Shown: in pieces, positions 30,955 to 43,274 of the stretch
How the letters are laid out: every line of letters begins with the position of its first letter
How positions within the stretch are numbered: position 1 is the stretch's first letter
From: a bacterium
GTDB taxonomy: Bacteria > UBA8248
Length of the DNA stretch: 64,000 nucleotides
Reading direction: 5' to 3'
NCBI GenBank assembly: GCA_965202625.1
Contig: CBDBBI010000010.1
Span: 2,144,001 to 2,208,000, forward strand
Notes under the pieces: model-generated
The model's input: only the letters and a program-made list of their open reading frames with translations
The model's database searches: none
What the model was told of the DNA's origin: nothing
Position numbers and translations under genes: made by a program

Positions 30955-31520
30955 ATGAAGTCACTCGAAGACGTTCGCGTTCTGGACCTCACGCAGTTTC
31001 TCTCGGGTTCCCATGCCACGCTTTTTCTGGCGCGTCTGGGCGCGGAGGTCATTTGGATTGGCAATCCGACCACAGGCGATCCGGTGGCCTACTCCCCTCC
31101 CTTCGTCGGCGCGAAGGGCGTTTCCTATCATTCCCGGACAGATGAGGACATGGGCATCGCCTACCTCAAGCGCACGCGCGGGAAAAAGGCGATCACCCTC
31201 AACCTCAAGGACCCTAGAGACCGGAAGATGTTCTACGGACTCGTCGATCGGGCCGACGTCGTGGTGGAAAATTTCTACATCGACGTCACCAAACGGCTCA
31301 AGATCGATTACGAAACTCTTCAGGCGCGCAAGACCTCTTTGATCTACTGTTCCATCACGGGCTACGGCCAGAGGGGCCCGGACGAGGGATACGACGCCGT
31401 CTCCCAGGCCGCCTCGGGGTTGATGAACCTCGTGGGTTTTCCTGACGGCCCGCCCACCAAGGCAGGTTCTGCTCTGGGTGACAGCATAGGCGGGATGTTC
31501 GCCTTCCGTGCCATTCTTGC
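30955..31520 (+). pseudogene. truncated CaiB/BaiF class III CoA-transferase, fused in frame to the next gene
   Basis: LEDVRVLDLTQFLSG, RGKKAITLNLK, ADVVVENF, GYDAVSQAASGLM; only about 190 aa of a ~400 aa family. Confidence 0.7.
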
Positions 31521-32286
31521 TGCGCTTTGTTTTCTTCTTGGGGGGTGTCTGGCGCGCATTGATCCGCAAACCCTTGATTTGGTGGGTGAGGCGCGACGCG
31601 CCTTTGACGCCGCCTATTTCATGGTCGAGGTGGACGGCGCGCTCATTGAAGGCCGAGTGCGGCGGAAATACGTTCAGGAGAGGCTCGCGAGCCTCAGGCA
31701 AAAACGGCCCACCGTCATTTATGCGCACGGCTGCTCAGGGCTTGGTGCCTGGAGTTTGCGCTATATGCGCCTGCTAGCGCGGGCCGGCTACGCCGTCCTC
31801 GCCCCCGATAGCTTCGCGCGCCGCTATCGACCCGACACCTGTCTTCCCTCCGCGCGTCAGCCGATTCCGGGCGCGCCGTTCAGAAGGGTGGGGCAGATGC
31901 GCCAGGAGGAGATTCACCACGCAGCGTATCGGGTACGGCGGATGCGCTGGGTGGACAGAAACAACCTGTTTCTGATGGGCCACAGCCAGGGCGGCTCCGC
32001 CGTGGCTTCCTACCAGGGGGATGAGTTCAGGGCGCGCGTCATTAGCGGCTCCATTTGCGGGCGCGGCGTCCTCATGCCGCCAGGGACCCCCGCCCTCGCC
32101 CTATACTCGAAGGACGATCCGTGGCGGCGCGGCAGGCCTGCCGATCTGTGTTTTCGCAAGGCGGGAAAGCGGGGCGTGAACATGGAGTTTCATCTGTTCG
32201 AGGGCCGGGCGCACAATTTCTCCCGGAATGAAACCGCGCGGCGCCTCATTCTCGATTTTTTGGCGAAGCATCGAAGAGCGGAATAA
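31495..32286 (+). CDS. dienelactone hydrolase-like protein, possible lipoprotein
   Basis: LLGGC lipobox-like segment, YAHGCSG, GHSQGG, C-terminal GRAHNF. Confidence 0.65.
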   Translation: MFAFRAILAALCFLLGGCLARIDPQTLDLVGEARRAFDAAYFMVEVDGALIEGRVRRKYVQERLASLRQKRPTVIYAHGCSGLGAWSLRYMRLLARAGYAVLAPDSFARRYRPDTCLPSARQPIPGAPFRRVGQMRQEEIHHAAYRVRRMRWVDRNNLFLMGHSQGGSAVASYQGDEFRARVISGSICGRGVLMPPGTPALALYSKDDPWRRGRPADLCFRKAGKRGVNMEFHLFEGRAHNFSRNETARRLILDFLAKHRRAE

Positions 32287-32760
32287 AAACGACTGAATGC
32301 CTGAAGTTTCATGCGCGGCGGCTCTCCGCGCAGCCCTCGACCAGCAATGGGGGAACGCGGCATATGCCGCGCGTGGTGCTCCAACCTCGTCCTTGTGGTG
32401 AAATTTTTTTCACGCGAATTCGGAACCTGAAAGCGCACCCCCATGCGCGTCGGCGTCTTGCTCGGAGGGAGAATCACTAACCTCAAGATTGGCCCATGTC
32501 TCATCCCTGAACGCCGGGTCGGCGGTGGCCAGAGAGCGGGCGGAGATCGGGGTGCCGGATAATTGGGAGTACTTCGCTGCAGATTTGGAGATGCGCCGTC
32601 TTTTGGCGGAGTAAGCTCTCGCACGCTCGGGAAGGCTCGGTGCAAAAAGGGGCTGTCTCTCTAGGCGTGCCTACGCTCCGGACTTGTTTTTCTCGTACTT
32701 GATCCTCCTCCCTCGCGCGCATTAGTATGGGGGAGCATTGATCCTCCGCCACACTGGAGA

Positions 32761-34131
32761 GTGAGGTCTATGAACCCAGCGACAGCCGAAGCCTTGCGGG
32801 CGATGGACAGAGCGCATGTCTGGCACCCTCTCATGAACCATTCGGGGATGGAAGAAAATCCGCTGGACGTGGTTGTGAAGGCTAAGGGTTCGACTATTCA
32901 GGACGCCGGCGGCAGGGAATACATCGACGCCATGGCGGGGCTTTGGTGCGTGAACATTGGTTATGGGCGCGATGCGGTCGCCAGGGCGGCGTATGAGCAG
33001 ATGCTGGAGCTCGCTTATTATCCCCTCACCCAGGTGAACCCGCCGGCGGCCAGGCTCGCCAAGCGCCTCGTCTCCCTGCTGCCGGAAGGACTCGAGCGCG
33101 TCTGGTTCGTGAACTCAGGCTCCGAGGCGGTGGACACCGCTATCAAGATCGCCCGCGTCTATGGGCGACGGGGCGGAGGGAGGCGATACAAGATCATCGC
33201 CCGCCACCAGGGATATCACGGGGCGACCATCGGCGGGGCGAGCGTCACCGGACAGACGCTCAGGCGCGCGACGTTCGAACCGCTTTTGCCGGGGGTGATT
33301 CACGTGAGCGCGCCCTACTTCTACCGAAGCGGCGCGGCCACGGAAGAAGAGCTTGCCAGACGTTGCGCGGAGGAGCTCGACGAGGTGATTCGCTACGAGG
33401 ACCCGGAAACGGTGGCGGCCTTCATCGCCGAGCCCGTCATCGGCGGCGGCGGGGTGATACCCCCCCCGGCGGACTACCTCAAGCGCATGCGCGAGGTTTG
33501 CGCGCGCCACGGCGTCTTGTTCATCGCTGATGAGGTCATCACCGGCTTCGGTCGCACGGGCGCGCTCTTCGCCTCTGATCTCTACGGGATCAGTCCGGAC
33601 GTCATGACGATGGCGAAGGGGCTGAGCAGCGCTTACCTGCCCATTGGGGCGACGGCGACCACGAACGAGATATTCGAGGCGCTGAACGAGGAGGGCGAGT
33701 CGGGATTCCTGCAGATCAACACCTATGGCGGACACCCCGCCTCCTGCGCGGCGGCGCTTAAAAACCTCGATATCATGATGGCGGAGGAACTGCCCGCGCG
33801 CGCGCGAAAAGTAGGTGCCTATCTGGGTGGGCTTTTGCGCAAGCTTTCGGACATCCCCTGCGTGGGCGATGTGCGCGGCGTGGGCCTCATCTGGGGAGTG
33901 GAACTCATAGAGGAGGACGGCGCGCCCTTATCGACGGCGGCCACCTCCAGGGCGCTCGCCTACGCGAAGGAGCAAGGGGTGATTTTCGGCAAAAACGCTG
34001 GCGTCGCCGCCGGTCCCTCGAATACCGTCACCATCAGTCCGCCGCTGGTGTTCACCGAGGCGGAGGCGGAGCGCGCCGCCGCCGCCCTCGCCGCTGCCTT
34101 GCGCCGCGTCCAGGCGGAGATCGGAGCGTGA
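32761..34131 (+). CDS. aminotransferase class III (omega-amine/taurine-pyruvate type)
   Basis: DAMAGLWCVNIGYG, NSGSEA, YHG, DEVITGFGRTG, AKGLSS. Confidence 0.92.
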   Translation: MRSMNPATAEALRAMDRAHVWHPLMNHSGMEENPLDVVVKAKGSTIQDAGGREYIDAMAGLWCVNIGYGRDAVARAAYEQMLELAYYPLTQVNPPAARLAKRLVSLLPEGLERVWFVNSGSEAVDTAIKIARVYGRRGGGRRYKIIARHQGYHGATIGGASVTGQTLRRATFEPLLPGVIHVSAPYFYRSGAATEEELARRCAEELDEVIRYEDPETVAAFIAEPVIGGGGVIPPPADYLKRMREVCARHGVLFIADEVITGFGRTGALFASDLYGISPDVMTMAKGLSSAYLPIGATATTNEIFEALNEEGESGFLQINTYGGHPASCAAALKNLDIMMAEELPARARKVGAYLGGLLRKLSDIPCVGDVRGVGLIWGVELIEEDGAPLSTAATSRALAYAKEQGVIFGKNAGVAAGPSNTVTISPPLVFTEAEAERAAAALAAALRRVQAEIGA

Positions 34132-34185
34132 GGCGAAAGACCGGAAATTCTGTTTTCATGCGTCATCTTTATAGGAGATGGAGAG

Positions 34186-34863
34186 ATGTCCAACATCACC
34201 ATGCTCGACGTTGAGGAGCTGAAGAAGACGAAGCTGGCCCCTTTCGTCAACAAGGCGCTCAAGCACCGCGCGCCTGACCCCGCCTTTCACGCCATGCAGG
34301 GTCACAACGAGGATTTGGCGAAGTCGATGTATCTGGCTTGGGGGACGCTGTTCAACACCGGTGCTATCGATCACAAGCTCAAGGAGATCATCCGCGTTCA
34401 GCTCTCCCGCCGCGCCTTTTGCAACTACTGAGGCAACGTCCGATCTGCTTCGGCGAAGCAGGCGGGCCTGACCGAGGAGATGATAGACGATGGCATCGAC
34501 AACTGGCGCGAGAGCGGGAATTTCACCGATGCCGAGAAACTGGCGCTCGAATACAGCGAACTCATGGACTCAGAGCCCGAGAAAATTGACGCGGCGTTCT
34601 ATGCGCGCCTGAATGCTCACTATTCAGAGGCGGAAATCGTGGAGCTCGGCTCCTTCATCGGCTTCAACGTTGGCTATCACACCTTTTTCAGAACGCTTGA
34701 TTTCTACCCCATGTTCTCCCCTGCCGGCCGGCTGGTGAGCCAGGAGGAATCGCGTCGCATCTATGGCGAGTGTCCCGTCTCGCACCTGGGCGGCCCGCTC
34801 GCGCGCGCCACGGGGGAGGAGGGTCAGGCGAATGGAAACGAAGGAGAGTCGCCATGCCGATAA
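34186..34863 (+). CDS. AhpD/carboxymuconolactone decarboxylase-like selenoprotein (Sec at TGA 34429-34431)
   Basis: Track ORFs 34186-34431 and 34480-34863 are in frame; LKEIIRVQLSRRAF-CNYU-GNVRS; FTDAEKLALEY; hairpin CTGCTTC-GGC-GAAGCAG at 34445-34461. Confidence 0.88.
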
Positions 34864-35459
34864 TCGAGCCGCTTGAGCCGGAGGCGATTGAGGAGAAGGG
34901 CTGGGAACGCGTCATGGAGCGCACAGCTGAGACGCAGGCGCCAGACGCTCTGTTCTCGTGCATCATGGCGCGCGCGCCTGGCTATGTCGGCGCCCTCCAC
35001 GACGCCATGCACCGATCCCACGCCATGGGCGGAGTGGACCATCGCCTCAAGGAGATGATTCGCATTCAGCTTGCCCGCACAGCACAGGATACCTACTTCG
35101 CTAATCTGCGCTCGGAGAAGGCGAAGAAAGAGGGTCTGACGGAAGCGCGCATCGAGGCCGCCTGCGGAGACTTCGAGAACGACCCGCAGTTCTCCGATGC
35201 GGAGAAATGGGCGCTTCTATACGCTTATTGGATGTATCGCGACGCCAAAAGGCTGAACAAGGAATTCTACGATGAGGGAAAAAAGCATTATTCCGAAGCC
35301 CAGATCATGGAGATCGGCTCGATGGCGGCTCTGCACTATGGTCTTCAGGTGTTCATGCGCACGCTGCGTGCCTACCCCCAGCACGATCCAGAGGGAAACC
35401 CCGTGACGCAGGCGCAGTCCGAGAAGATTTACGGAAGAGAGGTATCCCCGCCCGCGTAG
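34854..35459 (+). CDS. AhpD/CMD-like paralog lacking the redox motif
   Basis: DHRLKEMIRIQLAR...DTYFANLRS aligns with the upstream gene; AAGGAG RBS; overlaps the upstream stop. Confidence 0.8.
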   Translation: MPIIEPLEPEAIEEKGWERVMERTAETQAPDALFSCIMARAPGYVGALHDAMHRSHAMGGVDHRLKEMIRIQLARTAQDTYFANLRSEKAKKEGLTEARIEAACGDFENDPQFSDAEKWALLYAYWMYRDAKRLNKEFYDEGKKHYSEAQIMEIGSMAALHYGLQVFMRTLRAYPQHDPEGNPVTQAQSEKIYGREVSPPA

Positions 35460-36209
35460 TTTCGTCTGAAGGGAAAAACGCTCCTCCCTGGCGCGACGAT
35501 CCCGCACGCAAGGGGTGTTTATCGCTTTGGGGATGGACGCATGGCCTCCCTTTACATACTCACGCGATCTCGCGTCTCGTTTTTTTCGCCTTCATTCCGG
35601 AAATTTCACAGGTGGCGTCGTGCGATCGCGGCTGCCCATCCGCCTTCGTCATCTCCATCACTTCCACGTAGGTTGATCAATAGGGAAAAACGATACGCGC
35701 GGAAACGGATTATGACGAAAAGCGCCGTATCTTGTACTGAATGAAGACATAGAAGGCGAGGTGCTTTTCTCACTGGAGGCTCCGAAGGCGCAGGTTGAGA
35801 CGCGGGGGTTTCGCTTTTTGGAACAATTTAGGTGAGGCCGACAAAAACGCGCTCGGTCTTCTATCATGGAGCAGGGATTTCTGCAGAGAGGACGCCGTTC
35901 CATCGGGCGTCATTCCCCAGGCACATAGGAGCGGAGAGGGAAATCCGCTCGACAAGGGGCGCATACGTGAAGGTGCGCCTCCCTTACGTTTTAAGGTGGA
36001 CGGACCCTTCCGCTGAAGCGGGAAACCAGCATTCTCGCAGGCGAAAAGGCCGGCACAATACGGCGATGCGTAGCCAGAAGAACAAGAATCCAGCACTCGG
36101 GAGCTATCTTCCGCGTCCTTTGTCCGTAAGCGGAAAACTGAGCGACGGAGACTTACCCCCCAAGGGCGTTTCATGAAACTAGAATGCGGATGCGCGCACT
36201 TCATCCGCA

Positions 36210-36962
36210 TCACCGCAACCCGAAATACGCTTTAATTCGTCTGGCGGCTTCCCTGGAGACCCCTTCCATCACCTCGGCCACCCGCGCGGGGGAGGTGTCT
36301 TCTATCCGCCCATACCATCCCGACTCGTACATTTCCCGCACGTCCTTGGGAATGTAATAGACCGCCTTGTCGCGTCGGGCGGCGTCGCTTCGCGCCCCGC
36401 GGTCCATGGGGGATGGGTCGGTGGCACGCTCCAGATGGGCGAGCCCGGGCCTGTCGGCCAAAATGGGGAGAGCCTCGAGCTCCCCTCCATGGGTGAGGCC
36501 CACCTTCTCGCCATACATGTCCTTGGCGATGAAATGCGCGTGAACGATGAGGATTCTCAAATCCTCGTGCGCGTTCTGGGCGTCCTCCGCTACGATCTCT
36601 ATAGCCGGCAGATTGCGCTCGTGCCAGTTCAGAAATACCACCCTTCGCGCCCCGTGGCGATGGAGGCTGGAAACGACGTCGCGCATCAGGCGGATCATTG
36701 TCTCCGACTGCAGCGACACCGTGCCGCCGAACCCCATGTGCAAGGGCGTGACGCCGAAAGGGCAAAAATCCACCACCAGACCGCCGGTGATAAACGCGAT
36801 CCGTTTGGCGAAAGACTCCGCCGCGTAGTAGTCCGTTCCCAGCGGCAGATGGGCGCCGTGCTGCTCTACGCTGCCCAGGGGCAGAATGGCGAGGGCGGTC
36901 TCCGACAGAATTTTCTCGGCCTCGGGGTTCGTCATCTCCATCAGCGAGCGCGCTTTTTCCAT
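36210..36962 (-). CDS. creatininase family amidohydrolase
   Basis: LPLGSVEQHGAHLPLGTD, NWHERN, HGGELE. Confidence 0.88.
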   Translation of the reverse strand: MEKARSLMEMTNPEAEKILSETALAILPLGSVEQHGAHLPLGTDYYAAESFAKRIAFITGGLVVDFCPFGVTPLHMGFGGTVSLQSETMIRLMRDVVSSLHRHGARRVVFLNWHERNLPAIEIVAEDAQNAHEDLRILIVHAHFIAKDMYGEKVGLTHGGELEALPILADRPGLAHLERATDPSPMDRGARSDAARRDKAVYYIPKDVREMYESGWYGRIEDTSPARVAEVMEGVSREAARRIKAYFGLR

Positions 36963-36990
36963 GAACGTATGCTCCTTGATATGTTCTCGA

Positions 36991-37398
36991 CTAGCCGCGC
37001 GACGCCGGAGTGGACGGCTTCGTCTCCATGAGTTCAACTACCACGCCGTCCGGCGCCTGAAAATACAGGTATTTGAGGTGTGGCATGTCGTCTTCTTCCA
37101 GAATGGGGATACCTTTCGCAACAAGCGTTTGGCGGGCGGTGGCGAGCTCCCCTCGCCCCACGTAAAAGCCGATGTGGTCCACCCCCAACCGAGGGGTGCG
37201 GCCCGCTGGAGTAGGGTTTTCTCCCGGGCGAACCCCCCGAATGATGAGCATTCCGCCGCCGAGCATGAGCTTGGTCTGTGGTGCGCCTTTACGCTCGCGC
37301 GAATCGACGACGTGCGCGTCCAGGGTTTCTCTATAAAAGCGCACGGCTTCGTCGTGGTTCTGGTGGATGATGTGCGCATGCTCATAGGTGAGGTGCAT
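36991..37398 (-). CDS. VOC/glyoxalase family protein
   Basis: EHAHI, AVRFYRETL, GVDHIGF, YFQAPDGVVVELME. Confidence 0.85.
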   Translation of the reverse strand: MHLTYEHAHIIHQNHDEAVRFYRETLDAHVVDSRERKGAPQTKLMLGGGMLIIRGVRPGENPTPAGRTPRLGVDHIGFYVGRGELATARQTLVAKGIPILEEDDMPHLKYLYFQAPDGVVVELMETKPSTPASRG

Positions 37399-37767
37399 AG
37401 CGATCTTTCTCGAAAGCCCGCTGCGTCGTCGATATCCGTGCGGCCATGCGTGAACTTGATGAAAACCTGATATTGCGCGTCGTAGATCCGGCTGATCCGC
37501 ATTGTGGCGCAAAACATCCTTTTTTTGAAGCGTGCCGAGATGGTTCCGGTTCGACGAGTGTGGCGTGAACCGCCACGCACAGGCCGAGTGTTGTTGCGGC
37601 ACTCTCTCCTCCACGCGCATCTGAATCCGTCTGAAGCTTTGCGCATCGTCCCGAATCATTGTATACACGATTTTTACCAACCTGACCCGGCCGCCAAAGC
37701 GGGACGGCTCGCGCGAGAGCCGGGCGGTGCGGTTTGGATGGTCAACGTCCCGCCGGAGGCAATTTCT

Positions 37768-38565
37768 GTGGCACAAGCGGTATGCAACGGAGTCCAGATT
37801 TCCTATAACGACAATGGGGTCAACACCCCGAATCCTCCCATCGTGTTCCTCCACGGGCAAGGGCTGAACCGCTCAATGTGGGATCGCGTAAAGCTCGCGT
37901 TCAGGGGCGCGTATCGGGTCGTGACGTATGACCTCAGAGGGCACGGCCGATCGGAGAAGCCCTCTACGGGCTATGGCCGAAACGTCGAGGTGGCGGACTT
38001 GGCCGACCTGCTCGAAACTACCCGCATATCGAAGGCCCACCTCGTGGGCTTGAGTCGAGGAGGCGCCATCGCCCTCGCCTTCGCCGCGGCGCATCCGGAC
38101 AAGACGGCTTCGGTCGTCGCGATAGGGGCGGGCTATGATTTTCCCCGTCTCATGCCCGAGTTCGCCGACCAAAGGCTTCAGACCATGGCCACCTTGCGGG
38201 CCGAGGGGCTGCGGGCGGCTAAAGGCTATTGGGCGGACCTTCCCATCTTCGCTTCCTTGAGAGAGAAGGAGGACGCTGCTGATTGGGCGGAGGATATGCT
38301 CCTCACCTACACCGGCGCGCATTGGCTCGATCAAGACCCGCCGCAGGACACCTCGCTCCTGAGCGTTGCCGACCGCATCGCCGCGCCCACGCTCCTCATG
38401 GTGGGCGCGAGGGATCTGCCGGGTTTCCACGCCTGCGCGGATGAGTTGGCCGAGAATATAGAGGGTGCCGAGAAGGCGGTGATTCCGGGCGTGGGACACC
38501 TGATGCCGATTGAGGACGCCGAGGCGGTAACCACGCGCGTCTCGGCTTTTTTGGCGAAACATTAA
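37768..38565 (+). CDS. alpha/beta hydrolase
   Basis: FLHG, YDLRGHGRS, GLSRGG, GVGHL; GGAGG RBS and GTG start. Confidence 0.88.
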   Translation: MAQAVCNGVQISYNDNGVNTPNPPIVFLHGQGLNRSMWDRVKLAFRGAYRVVTYDLRGHGRSEKPSTGYGRNVEVADLADLLETTRISKAHLVGLSRGGAIALAFAAAHPDKTASVVAIGAGYDFPRLMPEFADQRLQTMATLRAEGLRAAKGYWADLPIFASLREKEDAADWAEDMLLTYTGAHWLDQDPPQDTSLLSVADRIAAPTLLMVGARDLPGFHACADELAENIEGAEKAVIPGVGHLMPIEDAEAVTTRVSAFLAKH

Positions 38566-38670
38566 TCGTTATAGCAGGGGAAAGTTCGATGGTGGGCTCA
38601 ATTTGAAATGTATGAATATGTTGGGCGACACAGGACAATGTGGAAACAAAGACTAAAACATTATTGCGCG

Positions 38671-38991
38671 CTACTTGTGCCAGTTCATTAGTATTTGGCA
38701 GCTTGCGGCAATTTCGGCGACAGCCATATGACCCAACCTGTAATCAACGGCTACTTCATTTATACACCGGACTAATTGTGCGGCTTTGATTCGCAAGTAG
38801 GGCAACCCACCTCTTTGCTTTATTTTTCTCGCTCCTAAAACTAAGGAGGCCATATCCGTTGCTGTTGCAAGTCGGTTTGCAGATGTTGCGCTGTTCCAAT
38901 CTTGTAAATTTTTGCGGTGTAGATTTCCCCCAACATACCAACCCTCACCAGCTATAAGTGTGGATGGAGACGTTATCGTGATAATCGACAT
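38671..38991 (-). CDS. hypothetical protein in an AT-rich patch
   Basis: Open frame of 106 aa in low-GC DNA (about 38560-39200); start uncertain. Confidence 0.5.
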   Translation of the reverse strand: MSIITITSPSTLIAGEGWYVGGNLHRKNLQDWNSATSANRLATATDMASLVLGARKIKQRGGLPYLRIKAAQLVRCINEVAVDYRLGHMAVAEIAASCQILMNWHK

Positions 38992-39206
38992 GAGTACTAT
39001 TACCCATTATTCGCGTCTTCAATTTTCTGCTTGTGTGGTGAAACTCTTCAAATAAGTGTTTTCATATTAAGTCTCAAGAACTCATATATGGGTCTTTCTT
39101 TGCATACCTTCTTAATCTGGCAAATCACTCTGATATTGGTATCCTAGGCAAGTTCTGTCTCCGCTTTTCGTTGACCACAGACAAATCTTTGGTAAGAATG
39201 AAGTAA

Positions 39207-40976
39207 ATGGAGGTTCGGGGTTTGAGTCCATTTTCTGAGATCAGAAAAATTGAGACGGACGTGCTCATAATCGGCGGCGGCGTCGCCGGTATGATGGCAG
39301 CGGTGGGTTGCGTTCGATCGGGCGTCAAGCCCATCCTCATCACGAAAGCCACGTTTCCCTCCGGCAGCTCTTCCATGGCGCGCGGGGGCTACACAGCGGC
39401 GATGGGCCATTCCGAGCCCACCGACAGGCCAGAGTTCCTGTATGAGGATTCCATCAAGGCGAGCTACGGCGTGTGCAATCGCCGGCTGATGCGCATCATG
39501 AGCGAGGAGGCGGTCGAGAGAACTTTCGAACTCGACGGCTGGGGACTCGGACTTGTGCGGATGGAGGACGGCAAGTATCACCAGAAAAAAAGCGCGTCGC
39601 ATCGTTTTCCGCGCCTTTTGCATTGCGGAAGGCTGATGGGCAAGCCGCTCATGCAGGCTTTGGCGAAGAAGATGAGGGCGTGGGACGTCGAAACGATTTC
39701 CCACGCCATTTTCGTGGATCTGATGAAAGAAGGCGATCGCGTGGTCGGTGCCTGGGGGTTTTTATACAGAGAGGGCGTTCCCATCGTCGTGCACGCGCGC
39801 TCGACGGTCTTGGCCACGGGCGGCGCTCCTCAGCTGCACGAGGTGAACGACTCGCCGCCCTACATCTCGGGCGATGGCTACGCCATGGCGCTCAGGGCGG
39901 GGGCCGAGCTCATCGACATGGAGTTCATCGACTATCAGTTGCTGGCGGCTGCGCCCCCTAGAATCCGGGGGTATCCGCCGCACACGAGTGGCTTCATCAA
40001 CGCGGGCGCCTATCTCTACAACAGGGATGGAGAACGCTTCATGTGGAATTACGACCCCGAGCGCGGCGAGCGCGCCACGCGCGCCATGGTGAACCGGGGG
40101 GTGGGCGTAGAAATTTTTGAGGGCAGGAGCACGGAGAACCACGGCGTTTATCTCGACGCGCGCCACGTGATCGAAGAGGTGAACGACGGCGCTACGGCGG
40201 ACATCATCCGCGTTTTCAAGACCCAGGGCGTAGATATGGCCGAGTCTCCCATTGAGGTGGCGAGCGGCCCACATACTTATCTGGGGGGCATTCGAATAGA
40301 TGAATGGGGCCGCACGAATCTTGCCGGACTTTACGCGGGAGGCGAGGCCGCCGGCGGCGTCCATGGAGCGAACCGGACGGGCGGAGCGGCCCTGGCGGAC
40401 AGCTACGTGTTCGGGCTTAGGGCGGGAATAGGCGCTGCCTGTGAGGGAGCGAGGCGCGAGAGGCCGGATCCCCAGGACGGTGGCTGGCGAGAGGGGCTGG
40501 AGAGGCTGCGGGCGCGTGAGGCGAGAAAGAGCGGGCCGGACGCCGGCCGCTTGCGTCTAGATGTCCAGCGCGTGGGGGTGGAGGAGATAGGTCAAGTTCG
40601 GGAGAGGGTGAGGCTCAAACGCGCGATCGAGCGCCTCGACGCGCTGGAGGCGGAGAACGAGACGGCTGCTGTGGTCGGTGACCTCCCTCGCAAGCGCTTC
40701 GACTGTATGAGGAAAATTCAGGAGACTCGCAACCTGATCGGCGTGGCGCGGATGCTCAGCGTGGCGGCCTTGACGCGCGAGGAGAGCCGGGGCGGGCATT
40801 TCCGCGCCGATTGCCCCGAGATGCGCGAGGAATGGCGCTGCAACGTCGTGCTCTCACTTGAGGACGGGGAGGTGCGGCCGAGGCGCCAGGAGGTGGTCGG
40901 CGCGGATGAAGCCACCCCCGCGCCTGAGGTGGCGCCCACGACGACGGCCCTGGTGGAGCAGGGCAGAGTCGTTTAA
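39207..40976 (+). CDS. FAD-dependent oxidoreductase, SdhA/FrdA/NadB family
   Basis: IIGGGVAG, SSSMARGG, LATGG, HTYLGG, GVHGANRTGG, REESRGGHFR. Confidence 0.88.
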   Translation: MEVRGLSPFSEIRKIETDVLIIGGGVAGMMAAVGCVRSGVKPILITKATFPSGSSSMARGGYTAAMGHSEPTDRPEFLYEDSIKASYGVCNRRLMRIMSEEAVERTFELDGWGLGLVRMEDGKYHQKKSASHRFPRLLHCGRLMGKPLMQALAKKMRAWDVETISHAIFVDLMKEGDRVVGAWGFLYREGVPIVVHARSTVLATGGAPQLHEVNDSPPYISGDGYAMALRAGAELIDMEFIDYQLLAAAPPRIRGYPPHTSGFINAGAYLYNRDGERFMWNYDPERGERATRAMVNRGVGVEIFEGRSTENHGVYLDARHVIEEVNDGATADIIRVFKTQGVDMAESPIEVASGPHTYLGGIRIDEWGRTNLAGLYAGGEAAGGVHGANRTGGAALADSYVFGLRAGIGAACEGARRERPDPQDGGWREGLERLRAREARKSGPDAGRLRLDVQRVGVEEIGQVRERVRLKRAIERLDALEAENETAAVVGDLPRKRFDCMRKIQETRNLIGVARMLSVAALTREESRGGHFRADCPEMREEWRCNVVLSLEDGEVRPRRQEVVGADEATPAPEVAPTTTALVEQGRVV

Positions 40977-41015
40977 GTTTAAGGCGTTTTTTTGAGATAT
41001 TGTGAGAATTTTTGG

Positions 41016-41044
41016 TTGACACGCGCAGTTGTCATTGATAGTCT
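41016..41044 (+). promoter_or_regulatory. sigma70-type rRNA promoter
   Basis: TTGACA-17 nt-TAGTCT with AT-rich upstream tract; boxA-like TGCTCTTTGAAA at 41073 and TGTTCTTTGACA at 43443. Confidence 0.75.
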
Positions 41045-41207
41045 TATATTTCCTTCTTGGTTCAAGAAGATTTGCTCTTTGAAAAAAGAATAGGATATGA
41101 GACGGACCTGAACGGGCTCAATTTTAGTTATTCCCGATTGAAACTAGAGGGACGGGAATCTTGGTCGGGAAACCGGCCCAGTGCTTTTCCCTCTGGATGA
41201 GAAATAT

Positions 41208-42767
<1,560 letters not shown>

Positions 42768-43083
42768 TGCTGAGAGGTTTTCGTTTTCAAGAAGCGTGGG
42801 AGGGGAGTGAGATTTATTTCCTCGTCTGGGGAATTGGATCGTTCTCTTGCCTGAGGATCGCGCGATGCCTTTTTACGCTTTCGGGCGTATTGAAGGATGA
42901 TTGCAAAACGAGCCGGTGCTTCGAGGTCAGCGGCCCGTCTCGGGCCGTCCATATCCTGTTCTTAAAATGACGCCACGGCGGGTATGCGAATCACTCCAAT
43001 GCAAGGAGATGCATTCGGTCAAATACCTGGGTGAGGCTTAGGTGTTGCGGAAGGGATTTTCGGAACGCGCAAGCCGCATTCAA

Positions 43084-43160
43084 GGGCCTATAGCTCAGTT
43101 GGTCAGAGCGCGCGCCTGATAAGCGCGAGGTCCCTGGTTCAAATCCAGGTAGGCCCACCA
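43084..43160 (+). tRNA. tRNA-Ile(GAT)
   Basis: Cloverleaf, anticodon loop CTGATAA, GGTTCAAATCC, CCA end. Confidence 0.97.
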
Positions 43161-43274
43161 TCTTGCGGGCGTGAAACGCATCGCAAGGGGAAATGGCGGA
43201 GGGACGGATGGACCGTTAAACCGAACCGAGAAAGGCTTGCCTTGGGGGCCGCTCCCTGAACTTAGTTTTACTAT

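Noticed and set aside
35541-36213. Short ORFs between the AhpD pair and the creatininase gene
   Set aside because: No recognisable motif or consistent frame; possibly decayed sequence
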